Of a stretch of DNA of 64,000 nucleotides, positions 62,301-64,000 are shown piece after piece. The notes beneath the pieces are model-generated. The model made no database searches. It worked only from the letters and a program-made list of their open reading frames with translations, and had not been told where the DNA came from. The DNA is taken from positions 2,108,001 through 2,172,000 of the forward strand of contig OZ237735.1 of NCBI GenBank assembly GCA_965178125.1, read 5' to 3'. The position numbers and the translations under genes were made by a program. This DNA is from Bilabrum cf. latius (Eukaryota). How positions within the stretch are numbered: the stretch's first letter is position 1; the number at the start of each line of letters is the position of its first letter.

Positions 62301-64000
62301 GTAGCACTGACAAGAGCGCTGGATATGGTAATTCCAGCGGTCTGAACATCAAAAATGCTCACACGCACGAAGGGTGAGGGCAGGAACAGCTCGGTCTGGC
62401 CAACAAGCGCACTGCTCCAGCGGTTGTCAGTGCTCGTCGTATTGTGGAAGATAATGGCACTCTCCTCCGGCTCTGCCAGCTCGTCAGCCACTGCGGTGAC
62501 GGTGACATCCTACCATTGGTCCCAGTTGATTGCCGTGAATGTAAGGAGAGATGGCAGCGCAGTGATCTCAGCAGCCTCGGCAGTGCCTGGGGCGATGCCT
62601 ACAGACACGGTGACGGAGTTGGCGGGCTGCGTATCCAACCGGACCGAGTACGTCGCGGTGAGGGTTCCCTCAATCACGTCGACATCTGCATTTGAGATAA
62701 GGACGTGGCGCTCCTTCTAGATATCATACACGTTCACGGTCACGTTGGGGCCCGGCAGCACGGCAGCGCCGTCATACTCTCCATCGGCGCTAGACACGTC
62801 GTGGGTGATCACGACGGCCTGCTCTTCCACTTCACCCTCAATATCGTCGCTGATGGCCACCACATCCACAGTCACGGGAACGTCATAGTTCCCGGAGTTG
62901 AACGTGATGGTGCGAGGGCTCACCCCGACCTGGCCGGCGCGGGTAACGGGAAGCACGTCAAGAGTAATTGTGACCGCAGCTGCCGGCTCAGAGGCAAGGC
63001 GGACAGTGTAGGTATCGTTGTTGCCGCCCTCCGTGACCGAAAGATCTGACCTGGACAGCAGCACGGAAGCTTTGTCGTCGTCGTAGACATCAACGTTCAC
63101 CACACCTCCGGCAGGCCGCAGGACCGCGCTGTCGTACCTCGTGTCATCACCCCGCACGGTATGCACCAGGCCCACGGTCCAGGGTGACACGGCAGCATCC
63201 ATCGGGTCGTTAGAGGCCATCACGCTCACGGTCACAGTCTGGCTGCAATTCGAGTCAGAGAAGACTGTGAACCCGCCGCTAGTGCTTATCGTCGGGCTCC
63301 CCACTGGCACGCCTCCAACAGCAGACACCCAAGAGATCACGCTAGCAGCAGTCGCGGCGTCTCCACCGGGGCCTCCCGTCATGGAAGTGACGCTAGTGTG
63401 AGTCCAGTCCACAACGATCGGCGTGGCTCCGTCTTGCGGGCAGCTCGCCACGGTGATGTCGTAGGTTACCGCCGCACCGGCTTCCACCACGGCCAGCGAA
63501 ACTTCACTGAAGTCCACTGCGGCGTGCTCGTCATCAAAGACTGCAACACCTACGGTTGGCAGTGATAGTGTGCTTGCACCGTCCACGTAGAGCGGGTCCT
63601 GTGTGAGAGTGACGGAAAAGTCCAGCTGAATGGAAGTGCTGGGCGTTACCCTATCTTCATCGTCGTCCACGGCCTGCAGCTGCACCGACTGCGGGGTGGA
63701 CCAATTGCCAGGGCCGTACGTCAGAACAATCGGCAGAGCACCCCCCGCGTCAGCCGGCAATGTAACGGAGAGCAGGCTGTCTGCCAGCGGGCTAACAGAG
63801 CTGATGGTTACCTGAACGAATGAGGCTGGCTGGCTTGCGAGAGACACGTCGAACGAGGCGGAGTCGCTCCCTCCTCCACCACCCTCCACCACGTAGACGA
63901 ATGACTATGAAACCAACACTCCGCTAGCATCATCATCCAGAAGAGTAAGGTTTACGTAAGGCGATGGAGAGAAGAGCCCAGCCGTGCCAGAGAAATTTCC
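41324..64000 (-). CDS. Giant type I membrane protein B (>7,550 aa, 5' partial): at least 8 Calx-beta/cadherin-like repeats, long GCC2/GCC3 Cys-repeat ectodomain, juxtamembrane domain, TM helix, ~2,500-aa acidic/coiled-coil tail
   Basis: 24 ORF-track fragments lie in one frame and the junctions checked are TAG. FTxxNWNxPQTVxVTAxDDD repeats at ~60885-64000; CPxGxYC repeats at ~50400-60880; YPVYSKDSLLNTNENFDYGAF...FAFTFTEPGTYVF; TM LIIGVLAGFSLCVALTVLALYYF (~48875-48945). Ends at TGA 41326-41324. Confidence 0.9.

Noticed and set aside
1-64000. Pseudogenisation or sequencing error as the cause of fragmented ORFs
   Set aside because: Breaks are exclusively TAG where checked, with no frameshifts over tens of kb and intact catalytic motifs.
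1-64000. Prokaryotic or phage origin (recoded phage, or pyrrolysine use of TAG)
   Set aside because: Spliceosomal introns and eukaryote-specific genes are present; TAGs are numerous and fall at Gln-like positions; no pyl genes are seen.

Overview
GC-rich, gene-dense genomic DNA from a microbial eukaryote (GT-AG spliceosomal introns, a TALE homeobox gene, SPT subunit LCB1, eukaryotic-type branching enzyme). The supplied ORF track is misleading because TAG behaves as a sense codon. Every in-frame break I checked between collinear ORF fragments is TAG, and every gene end I could place is TGA. Paralog and repeat alignments mostly point to TAG=Gln; I saw no in-frame or terminal TAA. Read this way, the window holds 8 host genes. 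Plus strand: a TALE homeobox TF (5' partial), LCB1/SPTLC1, and two tandem secreted proteins with MACPF-like and saposin-like regions. Minus strand: two giant cysteine-repeat type I membrane proteins (~5,500 aa and >7,500 aa) sharing near-identical tracts, a CBM20-fused 1,4-alpha-glucan branching enzyme and an LRR protein. A ~4.1 kb composite, 5'-truncated non-LTR retroelement sits in a (CCAGTG)n site and also reads through TAG. All domain calls come from motif recognition by eye, not database searches.
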